Part shown: one piece after another, positions 8,717 through 18,360 of the stretch
How positions within the stretch are numbered: the stretch's first letter is position 1
Layout of the letters: the number at the start of each line of letters is the position of its first letter
NCBI GenBank assembly: GCA_963555995.3
Contig: OY821641.1
Location: forward strand, 1,760,001 to 1,824,000
Direction of reading: 5' to 3'
Source of the DNA: Vicinamibacteria bacterium
Lineage (GTDB): Bacteria > Acidobacteriota > Vicinamibacteria > Marinacidobacterales > Marinacidobacteraceae
DNA: 64,000 bases
Made by a program: the position numbers and the translations under genes
The notes under the pieces: generated by a model
The model's database searches: none
The model's input: the letters and a program-made list of their open reading frames with translations, nothing else
What the model was told of the DNA's origin: nothing

Positions 8717-9448
8717 TCAGCCGGCCGTCGAGACTACGAAGACGACGCCCGCGCCGAGGGCGAGCAGGGTCCCGAACGGCAACGGGGTGTCACGCCGGAT
8801 CCTGCCGAGGAACAGCAACGGGCCGGCCACCACCACTCCCAGCGCGGCCGCGAGGGCGACCGCCCCGAGCGCGGCCGACGGGCCCAGGAAGGCCCCGATC
8901 AGCAGCAGCAGCTTCACGTCGCCGAGGCCGACCGCCTCGACACCGCGGAAGCGCAGCCAGAGCACGCGAAGGGAGAAGAGCAGGGCGGCCGCAAGCAGAG
9001 CGCCGGCCGCCGAGGTCACCACATCCAGGTCGGAGCGCGGTCCGGCGAGGACGAGACCCAGCGCCGCTCCGGGAAGCGTCAGGGCGTCCGGCAGCACCAT
9101 CCGCTCCCAGTCCGTCACCGCCAGCGCGAGCAGCAGGCTCAGCAGGACCAGCCGGGAAGCGGTGAGCGCGGGATCGCTTCCCTCCGGCGCCCACACGAAC
9201 AGGAGACCCGTCAGCAATTCGACCAGCGGATAGCGGACCGGGATCCCCGCCCGGCAATCCCGGCAGCGGCCGCCGAGCCGGAGCCAGGAGACCACCGGCA
9301 GGTTGTCGCGCACGCGGATCGGCGCGGCGCACGCGGGGCATCGGGAACGCGGGAACAGCACCGATTCCCCGGCCGGGAGGCGATGGATCAGGACGTTCAG
9401 AAAGCTCCCGGCCGCGAGTCCGACCAGGAACAGCACGGCAGGGGTCAA
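8717..9448 (-). CDS. pilD: Prepilin peptidase (A24)
   Basis: GSFLNVLIHRLP, SRCPAC and GGRCRDC Zn motifs, RYPLVE, TDWE..LPD, GLGDVKL, LPFG. Confidence 0.95.
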   Translation of the reverse strand: MTPAVLFLVGLAAGSFLNVLIHRLPAGESVLFPRSRCPACAAPIRVRDNLPVVSWLRLGGRCRDCRAGIPVRYPLVELLTGLLFVWAPEGSDPALTASRLVLLSLLLALAVTDWERMVLPDALTLPGAALGLVLAGPRSDLDVVTSAAGALLAAALLFSLRVLWLRFRGVEAVGLGDVKLLLLIGAFLGPSAALGAVALAAALGVVVAGPLLFLGRIRRDTPLPFGTLLALGAGVVFVVSTAG

Positions 9449-10338
9449 CGTCCCGGATGACCGGCCAGCGGCGACTGCGGGGCGATTCGGGGAACGCCGG
9501 CCTCGTCAAACACGAACGGGACCCCCGCCGGATCGGCCGGCAGCCCCGGCAACATCCCGGCGGCGACCAGATCCTCCCAGCCGCGGGGAGGCTGTCCCGA
9601 GCGCCTTTCGTAAACGCGCACCATCGAACCGAGTTCATCCAGCCGGTCGAGCGCGTCGAGCTGCAGCAGGTGCGTGCGGGCGTTGGAGCGCGTGCGTCCG
9701 TCGCCGGCCCGCTCCAGCAGTACGCCCCAGAGATGCCGGGCCGCGGCGCGGGCGCCGACGCCGGTCAGCGACCGCGCCGCGAGCGCCATGACCCAGGGAG
9801 GCGCGTCGTCCCGGGCGCTCGCCGCCTCCAGCAGGCCGGCGCCCGTCGCCGGGTCCTCGAGATGCCAGGTGTGCAGCAGGCTGCGGACGAGCACGGCGTC
9901 GAAGTCGCCGGGGTAGCGCCGCACCCAGTCGGCGAGGATGGCGTCGGCCCGCTCCGGTTCCCCGGCGCCGAGCGGCGGCGGTTCCGCGAGGAGCAGGGGC
10001 CCGGTGAGCGCCGCCGGCCGGAGACCCGGGTCGAAGCGCAGCGCCTGCTCCACCAGCGCGCCCAGATCCGGGAACCCCGGCGAGCCTTCGAGCCGCCGGT
10101 TTCCGTAGTACTGGACCGCCAGCAGCCACGACGTGTCGGCCAGCACGCGCCGAACTCCCGTGGGGAGCGCCGCGATCCCGGCGGCGCTGAGGGAGGCGCC
10201 GGGAGGCGGCGCGGCGGCATCCGGCCGCGCCGCGGGGGCGATGCGGGCGGCCATCCCGAGGCACACGAGCGACAGGCCGGCGCTCGCGAGACGGCCGGCG
10301 CCGAGGCCGCGGAGGCCGGCCCGCCGAGGTTTCCGCAT
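9445..10338 (-). CDS. Pilus-associated membrane protein with TPR-like region
   Basis: Start re-called at ATG 10338; N-terminal TM, ADTSWLLAVQYYG, C-terminal DLVAAGML...DPAGVPF pilin-like tail; sits between ABC pair and pilD. Confidence 0.55.
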   Translation of the reverse strand: MRKPRRAGLRGLGAGRLASAGLSLVCLGMAARIAPAARPDAAAPPPGASLSAAGIAALPTGVRRVLADTSWLLAVQYYGNRRLEGSPGFPDLGALVEQALRFDPGLRPAALTGPLLLAEPPPLGAGEPERADAILADWVRRYPGDFDAVLVRSLLHTWHLEDPATGAGLLEAASARDDAPPWVMALAARSLTGVGARAAARHLWGVLLERAGDGRTRSNARTHLLQLDALDRLDELGSMVRVYERRSGQPPRGWEDLVAAGMLPGLPADPAGVPFVFDEAGVPRIAPQSPLAGHPGR

Positions 10339-10346
10339 CCGCCCGT

Positions 10347-11123
10347 TCAGGAAGCCGGCGCGGCGGGCTGGCGGGCCCGCCACGGGAACACGGCGACCGC
10401 GGCGGCCACCATGGCGGCCGCGTACAGGATCGCGTAGAGGGTCGGGCCCGCGAGCATCGGCCCCGCTTCGGAGAAGCTCTCGGGAACACCCGCGAGCGGC
10501 GCATCGAGCGCCCGGAGGTCCGGCAGGACGAACGTCGCGAGCCGCGCGACCGGCTCCAGCCAGGCGGGACCCGCCGCCGGGAAGCTGGCGGCCAGCCAGC
10601 CGGCGAGGGAAGCGAGCGCGGCGAGCACGATGGCCACGGGCGGACGGACCAGCGCGAGGAACAGCGTGGACACCGCGAGGATCACGAGGAGCCGCAGCCA
10701 GAGCAGCCAACCGGCGCCGAGCACCGCGGCCACCGCGCCGCCGGGAGCGACGAGGAGCCATGCCGCGAGCGTCGCGCCCACCACCGCCACGTAGAGGAAG
10801 AGACCCGCGGCGAGGCCCAGGAAACGGCCGCCGAGCAGGAGCCCGGCGGAGACCGGCCGCGCCAGCGCGAAGGCGCCGAGCACCCCCCGGCGGCCGGCGA
10901 GGCCCGCTCCGTGGCTGAGCGCCAGCCACCAGCCCAGCGCTTCGGCGAGCGCCCACGCGAGGTTGGACTCGAATCGCCCGCCCCGATCCAGCGACACGTC
11001 GCCCAGCAGCACCCCGGCGCCGAAGCACGAAAGCACCAGCGCGAGAGCGGCCAGCAGGCTCCGCTCGGCGAGAAACCCGCGTACGACGACGGCGGCGGTA
11101 GCGGTCAGGGGAGCGATCGGCAC
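10347..11123 (-). CDS. ABC-2 type permease (PilI-like)
   Basis: Very hydrophobic multi-TM protein, LARPVS...LLGGRFLG motif, VLPDL; next to ABC ATPase and pilA. Confidence 0.72.
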   Translation of the reverse strand: MPIAPLTATAAVVVRGFLAERSLLAALALVLSCFGAGVLLGDVSLDRGGRFESNLAWALAEALGWWLALSHGAGLAGRRGVLGAFALARPVSAGLLLGGRFLGLAAGLFLYVAVVGATLAAWLLVAPGGAVAAVLGAGWLLWLRLLVILAVSTLFLALVRPPVAIVLAALASLAGWLAASFPAAGPAWLEPVARLATFVLPDLRALDAPLAGVPESFSEAGPMLAGPTLYAILYAAAMVAAAVAVFPWRARQPAAPAS

Positions 11124-11148
11124 CGGGAGCTACGGCGTGATCGGGCCA

Positions 11149-11328
11149 GCAGCCTGTGGTGGAACTGACGTGAGCACCGAGACGTCCGCTGGGCCTCGCT
11201 GACAAGGCGTGCGAGGGAGGAATACCGAGTGTATTTCGACCGAAGCGCAACGACGAGCGAGCCGAAGGCGAGCGTTCAGCGGGGATTCAGCGGGCGTCGA
11301 ATGCCGCGTGAGTTTCAGCACCGGCTGC
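11149..11328. mobile_element. Diverged copy of the ~181 bp MITE
   Basis: GCAGCCTGTGG...GCTGACAAGGCG..GAGGGAGGAATACC..GTGTATT..GACCGAA...CACCGGCTGC; overlaps the last codons of the ABC ATPase. Confidence 0.8.
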
Positions 11329-12088
11329 TCACGCCGTTCAGCGCCGCCGCCAGCCAGCCGCCGCGGTCTCCGGCAGCGGATCGGCCCTTGCCAGCCGTCG
11401 CCACGAAGTCCTCCACCGGCCCGGACGCGGTGACGGCGCCCTCCGCGAGAACGATCAGCCGGTCGGCGACCGACTCGATGGTGGCGGCCTCGTGAAGGCT
11501 CAGGATGACGGCCGCTCCGTCCCCGGCCGCCGCGCGAATGGCCGCCAGGGACCGGACCCGGGCCTCCGGGTCGAGCCCGGTGAGCGGTTCGTCGAGGACG
11601 AGCGCCCGGGGTTCGCCGAGCAGCGCCTGCGCCAGGGATACCCGGCGCCGGACACCCCGCGAAGCGCGGGCGGCGGGAATCGCCAGCCACTCCAGGAGCC
11701 CGACCGCCTCCGCCGTCCGCTGCGCCTCGCGACGGGCGCCCGCGCCGCCATACCCGGCGAGCACGGCGGCGTAGCGCAGGACGTCCCGCACCTTCAGACC
11801 CGCCGGAAACTCGTCTTCCTCCGCCAGGTATCCCAGAGCGCGGCGCGCCCGGCTGCGGCTGGCCGGCGTCTCCCCGAGGAGCGCCTCGCCCCGGTCAGGG
11901 GGCAGGAGCCCGGCCAGCAGCCGCAACGTGGTGGACTTGCCCGAGCCGTTCTTCCCCGCCAGCGCCACCACCTCCCCCGGCGCCACCGCGAAGCTCACCT
12001 CCCGCAGGACGGTCCGGCGGCGAAGCGCCAGCCCGAAACGTCCGGGCGCCGGATACGAAGCGGTCAGCCGGCGAGCGCGGATTTCCAA
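11315..12088 (-). CDS. ABC transporter ATP-binding protein (PilH-like)
   Basis: Walker A GKNGSGKST, degenerate signature ASRGV, Walker B LVLDEP, H-loop. Confidence 0.88.
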   Translation of the reverse strand: MEIRARRLTASYPAPGRFGLALRRRTVLREVSFAVAPGEVVALAGKNGSGKSTTLRLLAGLLPPDRGEALLGETPASRSRARRALGYLAEEDEFPAGLKVRDVLRYAAVLAGYGGAGARREAQRTAEAVGLLEWLAIPAARASRGVRRRVSLAQALLGEPRALVLDEPLTGLDPEARVRSLAAIRAAAGDGAAVILSLHEAATIESVADRLIVLAEGAVTASGPVEDFVATAGKGRSAAGDRGGWLAAALNGVSSRC

Positions 12089-12106
12089 ACGGGCCCGGCC
12101 TGTCGG

Positions 12107-12763
<657 letters not shown>

Positions 12764-12822
12764 AAGGATACGTCCTCCTTGGGACAGGTGTGGAACGGGC
12801 CGGTTGCCGACTTCACGGTCGC

Positions 12823-13095
12823 TAACCGCCGTTGGTGGAACTGGCGTGAGCACCGAGACGCCCGCTGGGTCTCGCTGACAAGGCGCGCGAGGGAGGAATA
12901 CCGGGTGTATTCCGACCGAAACGCAACGCAGAGCGCCTCGTAGAGGCGCGGTTCAGGCGGGATGCATCGGCGTTCGCGTCGTGAGCGGGGCGTGAGCCCC
13001 GCGCAGACCCCGGAGCGAGAGGGATAGGGGACGGGTTCACCCGGCTCCTATCCCTCTTGGCTCGGGAATGCCGCGTGACTTTGTCCACAGGCTGT
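12823..13095. mobile_element. MITE copy carrying a ~90 bp structured insertion, between pilC and pilA
   Basis: Same core as 52856 units; right end CCACAGGCTGT abuts pilC stop; extra hairpins at 12985-13002 and 13018-13057. Confidence 0.78.
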
Positions 13096-14198
13096 CAAGC
13101 CAATCGGCCGACGAGCGTCCAGATCGGCAGGTACATGGCGATCACGATGGCTCCGATCACCAGGCCCAGGACAAGGATCAACAGCGGCTCGAGGAGCGGC
13201 AGGATCGTGGCCGTCGTCCGCCGCACCTCCTCCTCGTAGAACTCGGCGACCTTCTCGAGCGAGACGTCCAGCTCCCCGGTGCGTTCCCCCACGCCGACCA
13301 TCTGCACCACCATCGGCGGGAAGAGTCCGGTCTGCCGCAGCGGGCCGGCGAGCGACGAGCCCGCCTCCACGCTCGGGCGGACCTCCGCCATGACCCCCTC
13401 CAGGTGCCGGTTTCCCACCGCGCGGCGGGCGATCTCGAGCCCCTCCAGCACGGGCACGCCGGCCTCGGTGAGCACCGAGAGCGTCCTGCAGAAACGGGAG
13501 ATGCCGGCCTGGTGCAGCAGGCCGCCGAGGAGCGGCAGGCGGAGCGCCACCCGGTCGCAGAGGGCGCCCCCGGTCTCGGTCCGCCGGAAGCGCGCCAACC
13601 CCGCCGCGCCGCCGGCCAGGACGCTGGCTCCCGCGAGCGCCCACCCCCCGAACGAGCGGGACGCATCCACCACCACCCGCGTCAGGAGGGGCAACTCGGC
13701 ATCGAGGCCCTCGTAGAGCTCGCTGAACACGGGGACGACGCGCCACAGGATCACCGACACCACCAGCACCCCGATCGCACCGACCACCGCCGGATAGGCA
13801 AAGGCGCCGCGCACCTGCTCGGCCACCGCCGCCGCCTTCTCCAGCTCGGTGGCGAGGCGCAGCAGGCTCCGGTCGAGCCGCCCGCCGGTTTCGCCGATGG
13901 CGGTCATGGCCACCGCCAGCCGGCTGAAGACGCGCGGGTGGCGGCTCATGGCCCCCGCCAGCGAACTGCCCGACTCGACGTCCCGGGCAATCCGTTCCAC
14001 GGTCGTTCGCAGCTTCGGGTGCTCCTCCTGGCGGTAGAGCACCGCCAGGCTCTCGGCGAGCGGCAGCCCCGCTCCCACCATGACGCCCAGTTGGCGCACC
14101 AGGACGGCGACCTTCCGCCGGCCGATGCGGTGGGTCGCGAGCCGGGGGAAACGACGGCGCCGTCCCGGCCCCGGGGGGCTGTTTCTCACCCTCGCCAC
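13095..14198 (-). CDS. pilC: Type IV pilus platform protein PilC (T2SS F family)
   Basis: RQLGVMVGAGLPL, GETGGRLD, AFAYP, VGERTGELD, LLEPLLI, AMYLPI. Confidence 0.93.
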   Translation of the reverse strand: MARVRNSPPGPGRRRRFPRLATHRIGRRKVAVLVRQLGVMVGAGLPLAESLAVLYRQEEHPKLRTTVERIARDVESGSSLAGAMSRHPRVFSRLAVAMTAIGETGGRLDRSLLRLATELEKAAAVAEQVRGAFAYPAVVGAIGVLVVSVILWRVVPVFSELYEGLDAELPLLTRVVVDASRSFGGWALAGASVLAGGAAGLARFRRTETGGALCDRVALRLPLLGGLLHQAGISRFCRTLSVLTEAGVPVLEGLEIARRAVGNRHLEGVMAEVRPSVEAGSSLAGPLRQTGLFPPMVVQMVGVGERTGELDVSLEKVAEFYEEEVRRTTATILPLLEPLLILVLGLVIGAIVIAMYLPIWTLVGRLA

Positions 14199-14210
14199 CG
14201 GTCCCGGAGA

Positions 14211-15338
14211 TCAGGCCCGCCCGTTCGTGGCGGAACCGAGGGCGACCCGCAGCGCTGCCGGTTCGTTCGACGCGGCGAGCGCGTCGCCTCGGGTGACGAT
14301 TCCCTGGCGCCAGAGCGAGAGCAGCGCCTCGTTGAGCGACACCGAGGCGCCCCGCCCGGCGCCGGCGTCGAGCACCGCGAAGAGCTGGTGCAGCTTGTCT
14401 TCCCGGATCAGGTTCCGCGCGGCCGGGGTCGGAGCGAGCTGCTCGACGGCCACGACCCGTCCCCGCCCGTCGGCGCGGGGCACGAGGCGCTGGCAGTAGA
14501 TCGCCTCCAGCGACACCGAGAGCCGAATCCGGGACTGGCGATGCTGGGAAGCGGGAAACATCTCCACGATGCGGGTCAGCGCGTGCAGCGCCGAGCGGGC
14601 GTGGAGGGTCGCCAGCGCCAGGTGTCCGGTCTCGCTGACCCGGAGCGCCGCATCCACGGTGTCGCGGTCCCGAATCTCGCCGATCATCACCACGTCCGGG
14701 TCGGAACGCAGCACCGAACGAAGCGCGTCGTGAAAGGAAGCGGTATCGCTGCCGACCTGCCGCTGGGTGACGAGGGCGCGCCGGTTCCGATGGATGACCT
14801 CGACCGGGTCCTCGATGGTGACGACGTGCACCGCGCGGGTGCGGTTGATCCGGTCCACGATCGCCGCCATCGTGGTGGATTTGCCCGAGCCGACCGGACC
14901 GGCGGTGAGGATCAATCCGGAGGTCAGTCCCGCCAGCGCCGCCGCGCTTGCCGGGAGGCCGAGCGTATCGAGCGACGGCACCTCGCCGGGCACCACCCGG
15001 TAGACCGCCGCGAGCGCCCCGCGACACCGGAACACACTGCCGCGAAAGCGGGCGACGCCCGTCAGCGTGAACGCATAGTCCGCCTCCCCGCCCTGCTCGA
15101 GCAGCGTCCGCTGGCGATCCGGAACACCGGCGGACACGAGCGACTCCACGACGTCCGCGGGCAGCGGTTCCCCTGCCGCCTGGGTGAGCCGGCCGTCGAT
15201 CCGCAACCGGGGCGCGGCGCCCGGACTCAGGTGCAGGTCGCTTCCCCCGCGGCCGACCAGCTCCTTGAGGAGCCGTGCGAGTTCCTCCCGGGGATCCGGC
15301 GGGGGCTGGGGCGGCGAGGCAGGCGGTCCTTCGGGCAT
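14211..15338 (-). CDS. pilT: Type IV pilus retraction ATPase PilT
   Basis: SDLHL, Walker A GPVGSGKST, TIEDPVE, LRSDPDVVMIGEIRD, ETGHL..TLH, AARNLIRE; start re-called at ATG 15338. Confidence 0.9.
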   Translation of the reverse strand: MPEGPPASPPQPPPDPREELARLLKELVGRGGSDLHLSPGAAPRLRIDGRLTQAAGEPLPADVVESLVSAGVPDRQRTLLEQGGEADYAFTLTGVARFRGSVFRCRGALAAVYRVVPGEVPSLDTLGLPASAAALAGLTSGLILTAGPVGSGKSTTMAAIVDRINRTRAVHVVTIEDPVEVIHRNRRALVTQRQVGSDTASFHDALRSVLRSDPDVVMIGEIRDRDTVDAALRVSETGHLALATLHARSALHALTRIVEMFPASQHRQSRIRLSVSLEAIYCQRLVPRADGRGRVVAVEQLAPTPAARNLIREDKLHQLFAVLDAGAGRGASVSLNEALLSLWRQGIVTRGDALAASNEPAALRVALGSATNGRA

Positions 15339-15611
15339 TCCAAAAGGGTCAGACGAGATTTCCGCCCAATCCCGGTCAAAGTTGTTCGGAGTCGAAAAAA
15401 CACCCTTCGTTGGTCCGGAGGTTGCTTGCTCCCGCCGCCGCTCGATCCGGAGGGGGCTGCGGAAGGTCGGAGACCGGCTGGTACGCTTCGGACATGGCAT
15501 GGGAGCAGGGGCCGGGCGCGTTCCGTCCCCCGGACCGGGAGAGCCGGCGCCAGCGCCGTCTCCGCCCCTCCCGGTCCCCGTTCGATCTCGCCACGGAGGC
15601 ATCAAGCGGTC

Positions 15612-16148
15612 GTGTTCAACAATCCTTTTGGCTCATTTCACAACACCGTCGCCGAAGCAAAGGAAGAACGTGAACAACTCGACCGGCTGCTGACCGTTTC
15701 CACTCCGCGGGAACGGCTGCTCGTCGGGGCCATCGCTCTCCTGCTGCTGGGCTTCTCCGCCTGGCTCTTCCTGGGCGCCGTGTCCCGCAGCCTCGCGGTG
15801 GACGCCGTCGTGGTGGAGCCCGGCGGGACCCGGTCGCTGCAGGCGCTCGTCCGGATCGAACCCGGGATCGCGCCGCACATCAGGGCCGGGATGCCGGCGC
15901 GTATCGAACTGATCGTTGCCGACGGCGAAGCGGAGACACTGGCCGGAGAGATCACGACCATCTCCGCCGTTCCCCTGTCCGAGGGGCTGGGCGCGCTCGC
16001 CTCCGTCGCGGCCGTGTCCGCGTACCGCGTCCACATCGCGATCGAGGAGGGGCTCGCTCTCGCCCCCCGCGCGGGCCAGGAATGCCGGATCGTCATCGAA
16101 CTCGGCCGGCAGGCGCCCATCGCCCTGCTGCGAATGAGGCGCTTCTGA
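15612..16148 (+). CDS. NHLP/NHLM bacteriocin system secretion (adaptor-like) protein, short form
   Basis: 3' end of the 13068..16148 ORF from GTG 15612: EQLDRLLTVSTPR..TM..W.FLG, C-terminal IELGRQAPIALL; 178 aa, first gene of the export operon. Confidence 0.78.
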   Translation: MFNNPFGSFHNTVAEAKEEREQLDRLLTVSTPRERLLVGAIALLLLGFSAWLFLGAVSRSLAVDAVVVEPGGTRSLQALVRIEPGIAPHIRAGMPARIELIVADGEAETLAGEITTISAVPLSEGLGALASVAAVSAYRVHIAIEEGLALAPRAGQECRIVIELGRQAPIALLRMRRF

Positions 16149-16149
16149 C

Positions 16150-18360
16150 ATGCCGCCCCGCGCTCTGGGGGGAACCGGCGCCAAAGGCCCGCCGGACTCG
16201 CCAAAACAGCGCGTAGCCACGCCGATTCTGCTGCAGATGCACGCCTCGGAGTGCGGGGCCGCCTGCCTCGGGAGCGTCCTCGGCTACTTCGGCCGCTGGG
16301 TGCCGCTCACCGAACTGCGGGAGAAATGCGAGGTGAGCCGGGACGGGAGCAACGCCGCGAGCATCCTGCGCGCCGCCCGACACTACGGTCTCGAATGCGG
16401 TGGACTCAGCCTGCGCGGCGAGCAACTGAAACGGCTGGAGTTGCCGCTGATCCTGTTCTGGCAGTTCAGCCATTTCGTCGTCCTCGAGGGATTCGACGGC
16501 GGCAGCTTCTACCTCAACGACCCCTCCACGGGGCGACGCAAGCTCTCCGCCGACGAGTTCCATGGCGGCTACAGCGGCATCGCGCTTCGATTCAAGCGCG
16601 GCGACGGTTTCACCACCGGCGGCGAACCGCGCAGCCTGTTCCGGCAGTTGGGCGTGCTGCTCGCCGGATCCTGGAGCGTGCTCACCGGCCTGACTGCCTG
16701 CGCGCTCATGCTGACCCTGCTCGCGCTGGTCATTCCCGGAGTTCTCGGCGTTTTCGTGGACGACGTGCTGGAGAACCGGGGGCCCGTGGGCGGACTGGTG
16801 GCCGCCCTGCTGGGCGGCGGGATCCTGGTCTATGTCCTGTCCCTGCTCAAGCACCGCTTCCTGAAGCGGCTCGCCGTCCGGATTTCCGTGGCCGGCTACA
16901 GCCGGGGCGTGTCCCGGCTGCTGCGGTTGCCGGTTGCGTTCTTCGAGCACCGGTTGGTAGGCGACCTGACGGACCGGGTCTCGTCCATAGACCGGGTCGC
17001 GAAGAACCTGACGGACCAGTTCCTGGTGCTGCTCATTGACATGGCCATGAGCGCGGTGCTGCTCCTCGCCATGTTGGCCTACGACGGGTTGCTGACGCTG
17101 ATCGTGTTGGCCCTGGCGGTCCTCCACGGCGCGCTGGCCCACCTGCTCAACGGCGTCCAGGCCATTCGCACCCGAGCGATGCGGCGCGAACAGGGACTGC
17201 TGATCGGCGTCGGTATGCAGATGTTGGGTCATGCCGGCAACCTGCGCATGACGGGAGCGGACGACCGTTTCTTTGCGCGCTGGAGCGGTCAGCAGGCGCG
17301 TGAACTGCGCGCGCGACAACTCTGTGCGGAAGTGGGCGCCGTCCATGCCGCGCTTCCGGGGCTGGTCGCCGGACTGCGCAGTGCGGCGATCCTGGGCATC
17401 GGAGGGAGTCTGGTCCTCGACGGCGCCATGACCCTGGGGACGCTGGTCGGCTTCTATGTCCTGGCCGAGATGTTTCTGGCGCCCATCGGCCGCTTCCTGG
17501 AGTTCGCCGACGGGCGCCAGGCGCTCGAAACCGATCTGCAACGGCTGGACGACATCTCCAGGACCGAGGAAGATCCCGTCTTCCGCCGGCGAAGTCCGGA
17601 ATCGGAATCCATCCCCACGTTCCAGGGTCGGCTCCAACTGACCGGCCGGCTCGAACTGCGGGACATCACCTTCGGTTTCAACAGGGGCCGGCCACCCCTG
17701 ATCAAGAACTTCAACCTCGTGATCAAGCCCGGCCAGCGAGTCGCCGTGGTCGGTCCCAGTGGTTCCGGCAAATCAACCTTGGCGCGCCTGGTCTCGGGTA
17801 TCCATCAGCCCTGGTCGGGTGAAATCCTGTTCGATGGCCACCGGCGGGACGAGATTCCCGAGGAAGTGCTGCAGCAGTCCATTTCCATGGTGGATCAGGA
17901 GGTCGTGCTGTTTTCCGCGTCGCTGCGCGACAACATCACGCTGTGGAACCCGGCCGTTCCGGATGAAGCCGTCTTCGCGGCCACCCGGGATGCGCGGATC
18001 CATGACGAAATCCTGGTCAGGCCGCACGGGTTCGCGACCCTCGTTGAAGAAGGCGGCGCGAATTTCAGCGGCGGCCAGCGCCAACGACTGGAAATCGCGC
18101 GAGCGCTGGTGGGCCATCCGACGGTGCTCGTTCTGGACGAGGCGACCAGCGCCCTCGATGCGGCAACCGAGGAAGATGTGGACGATGCCCTGCGGCGACG
18201 GGGCGTCACCTGCCTGATCGTGGCCCACCGGCTGAGCACCGTGCGGGACTGCGACCAAATCATCGTGCTCGACAAGGGCGCCGAAGTGCAGCGCGGCACG
18301 CACGACGCCTTGATCGCCGATCTGGACGGCACGTATTCCAGGCTGGTCAGGACCGGCTGA
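16150..18360 (+). CDS. NHLP ABC transporter with C39 peptidase domain (PCAT)
   Basis: LQMHASECGAACL, HFVVLEG, YLNDP catalytic C/H/D; Walker A GPSGSGKST, FSGGQRQR, LVLDEATS. Confidence 0.95.
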   Translation: MPPRALGGTGAKGPPDSPKQRVATPILLQMHASECGAACLGSVLGYFGRWVPLTELREKCEVSRDGSNAASILRAARHYGLECGGLSLRGEQLKRLELPLILFWQFSHFVVLEGFDGGSFYLNDPSTGRRKLSADEFHGGYSGIALRFKRGDGFTTGGEPRSLFRQLGVLLAGSWSVLTGLTACALMLTLLALVIPGVLGVFVDDVLENRGPVGGLVAALLGGGILVYVLSLLKHRFLKRLAVRISVAGYSRGVSRLLRLPVAFFEHRLVGDLTDRVSSIDRVAKNLTDQFLVLLIDMAMSAVLLLAMLAYDGLLTLIVLALAVLHGALAHLLNGVQAIRTRAMRREQGLLIGVGMQMLGHAGNLRMTGADDRFFARWSGQQARELRARQLCAEVGAVHAALPGLVAGLRSAAILGIGGSLVLDGAMTLGTLVGFYVLAEMFLAPIGRFLEFADGRQALETDLQRLDDISRTEEDPVFRRRSPESESIPTFQGRLQLTGRLELRDITFGFNRGRPPLIKNFNLVIKPGQRVAVVGPSGSGKSTLARLVSGIHQPWSGEILFDGHRRDEIPEEVLQQSISMVDQEVVLFSASLRDNITLWNPAVPDEAVFAATRDARIHDEILVRPHGFATLVEEGGANFSGGQRQRLEIARALVGHPTVLVLDEATSALDAATEEDVDDALRRRGVTCLIVAHRLSTVRDCDQIIVLDKGAEVQRGTHDALIADLDGTYSRLVRTG

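Noticed and set aside
13068-15611. 1026 aa plus-strand ORF as one protein
   Set aside because: The first ~850 codons are antisense to pilC/pilT; only the part from GTG 15612 looks like a real gene
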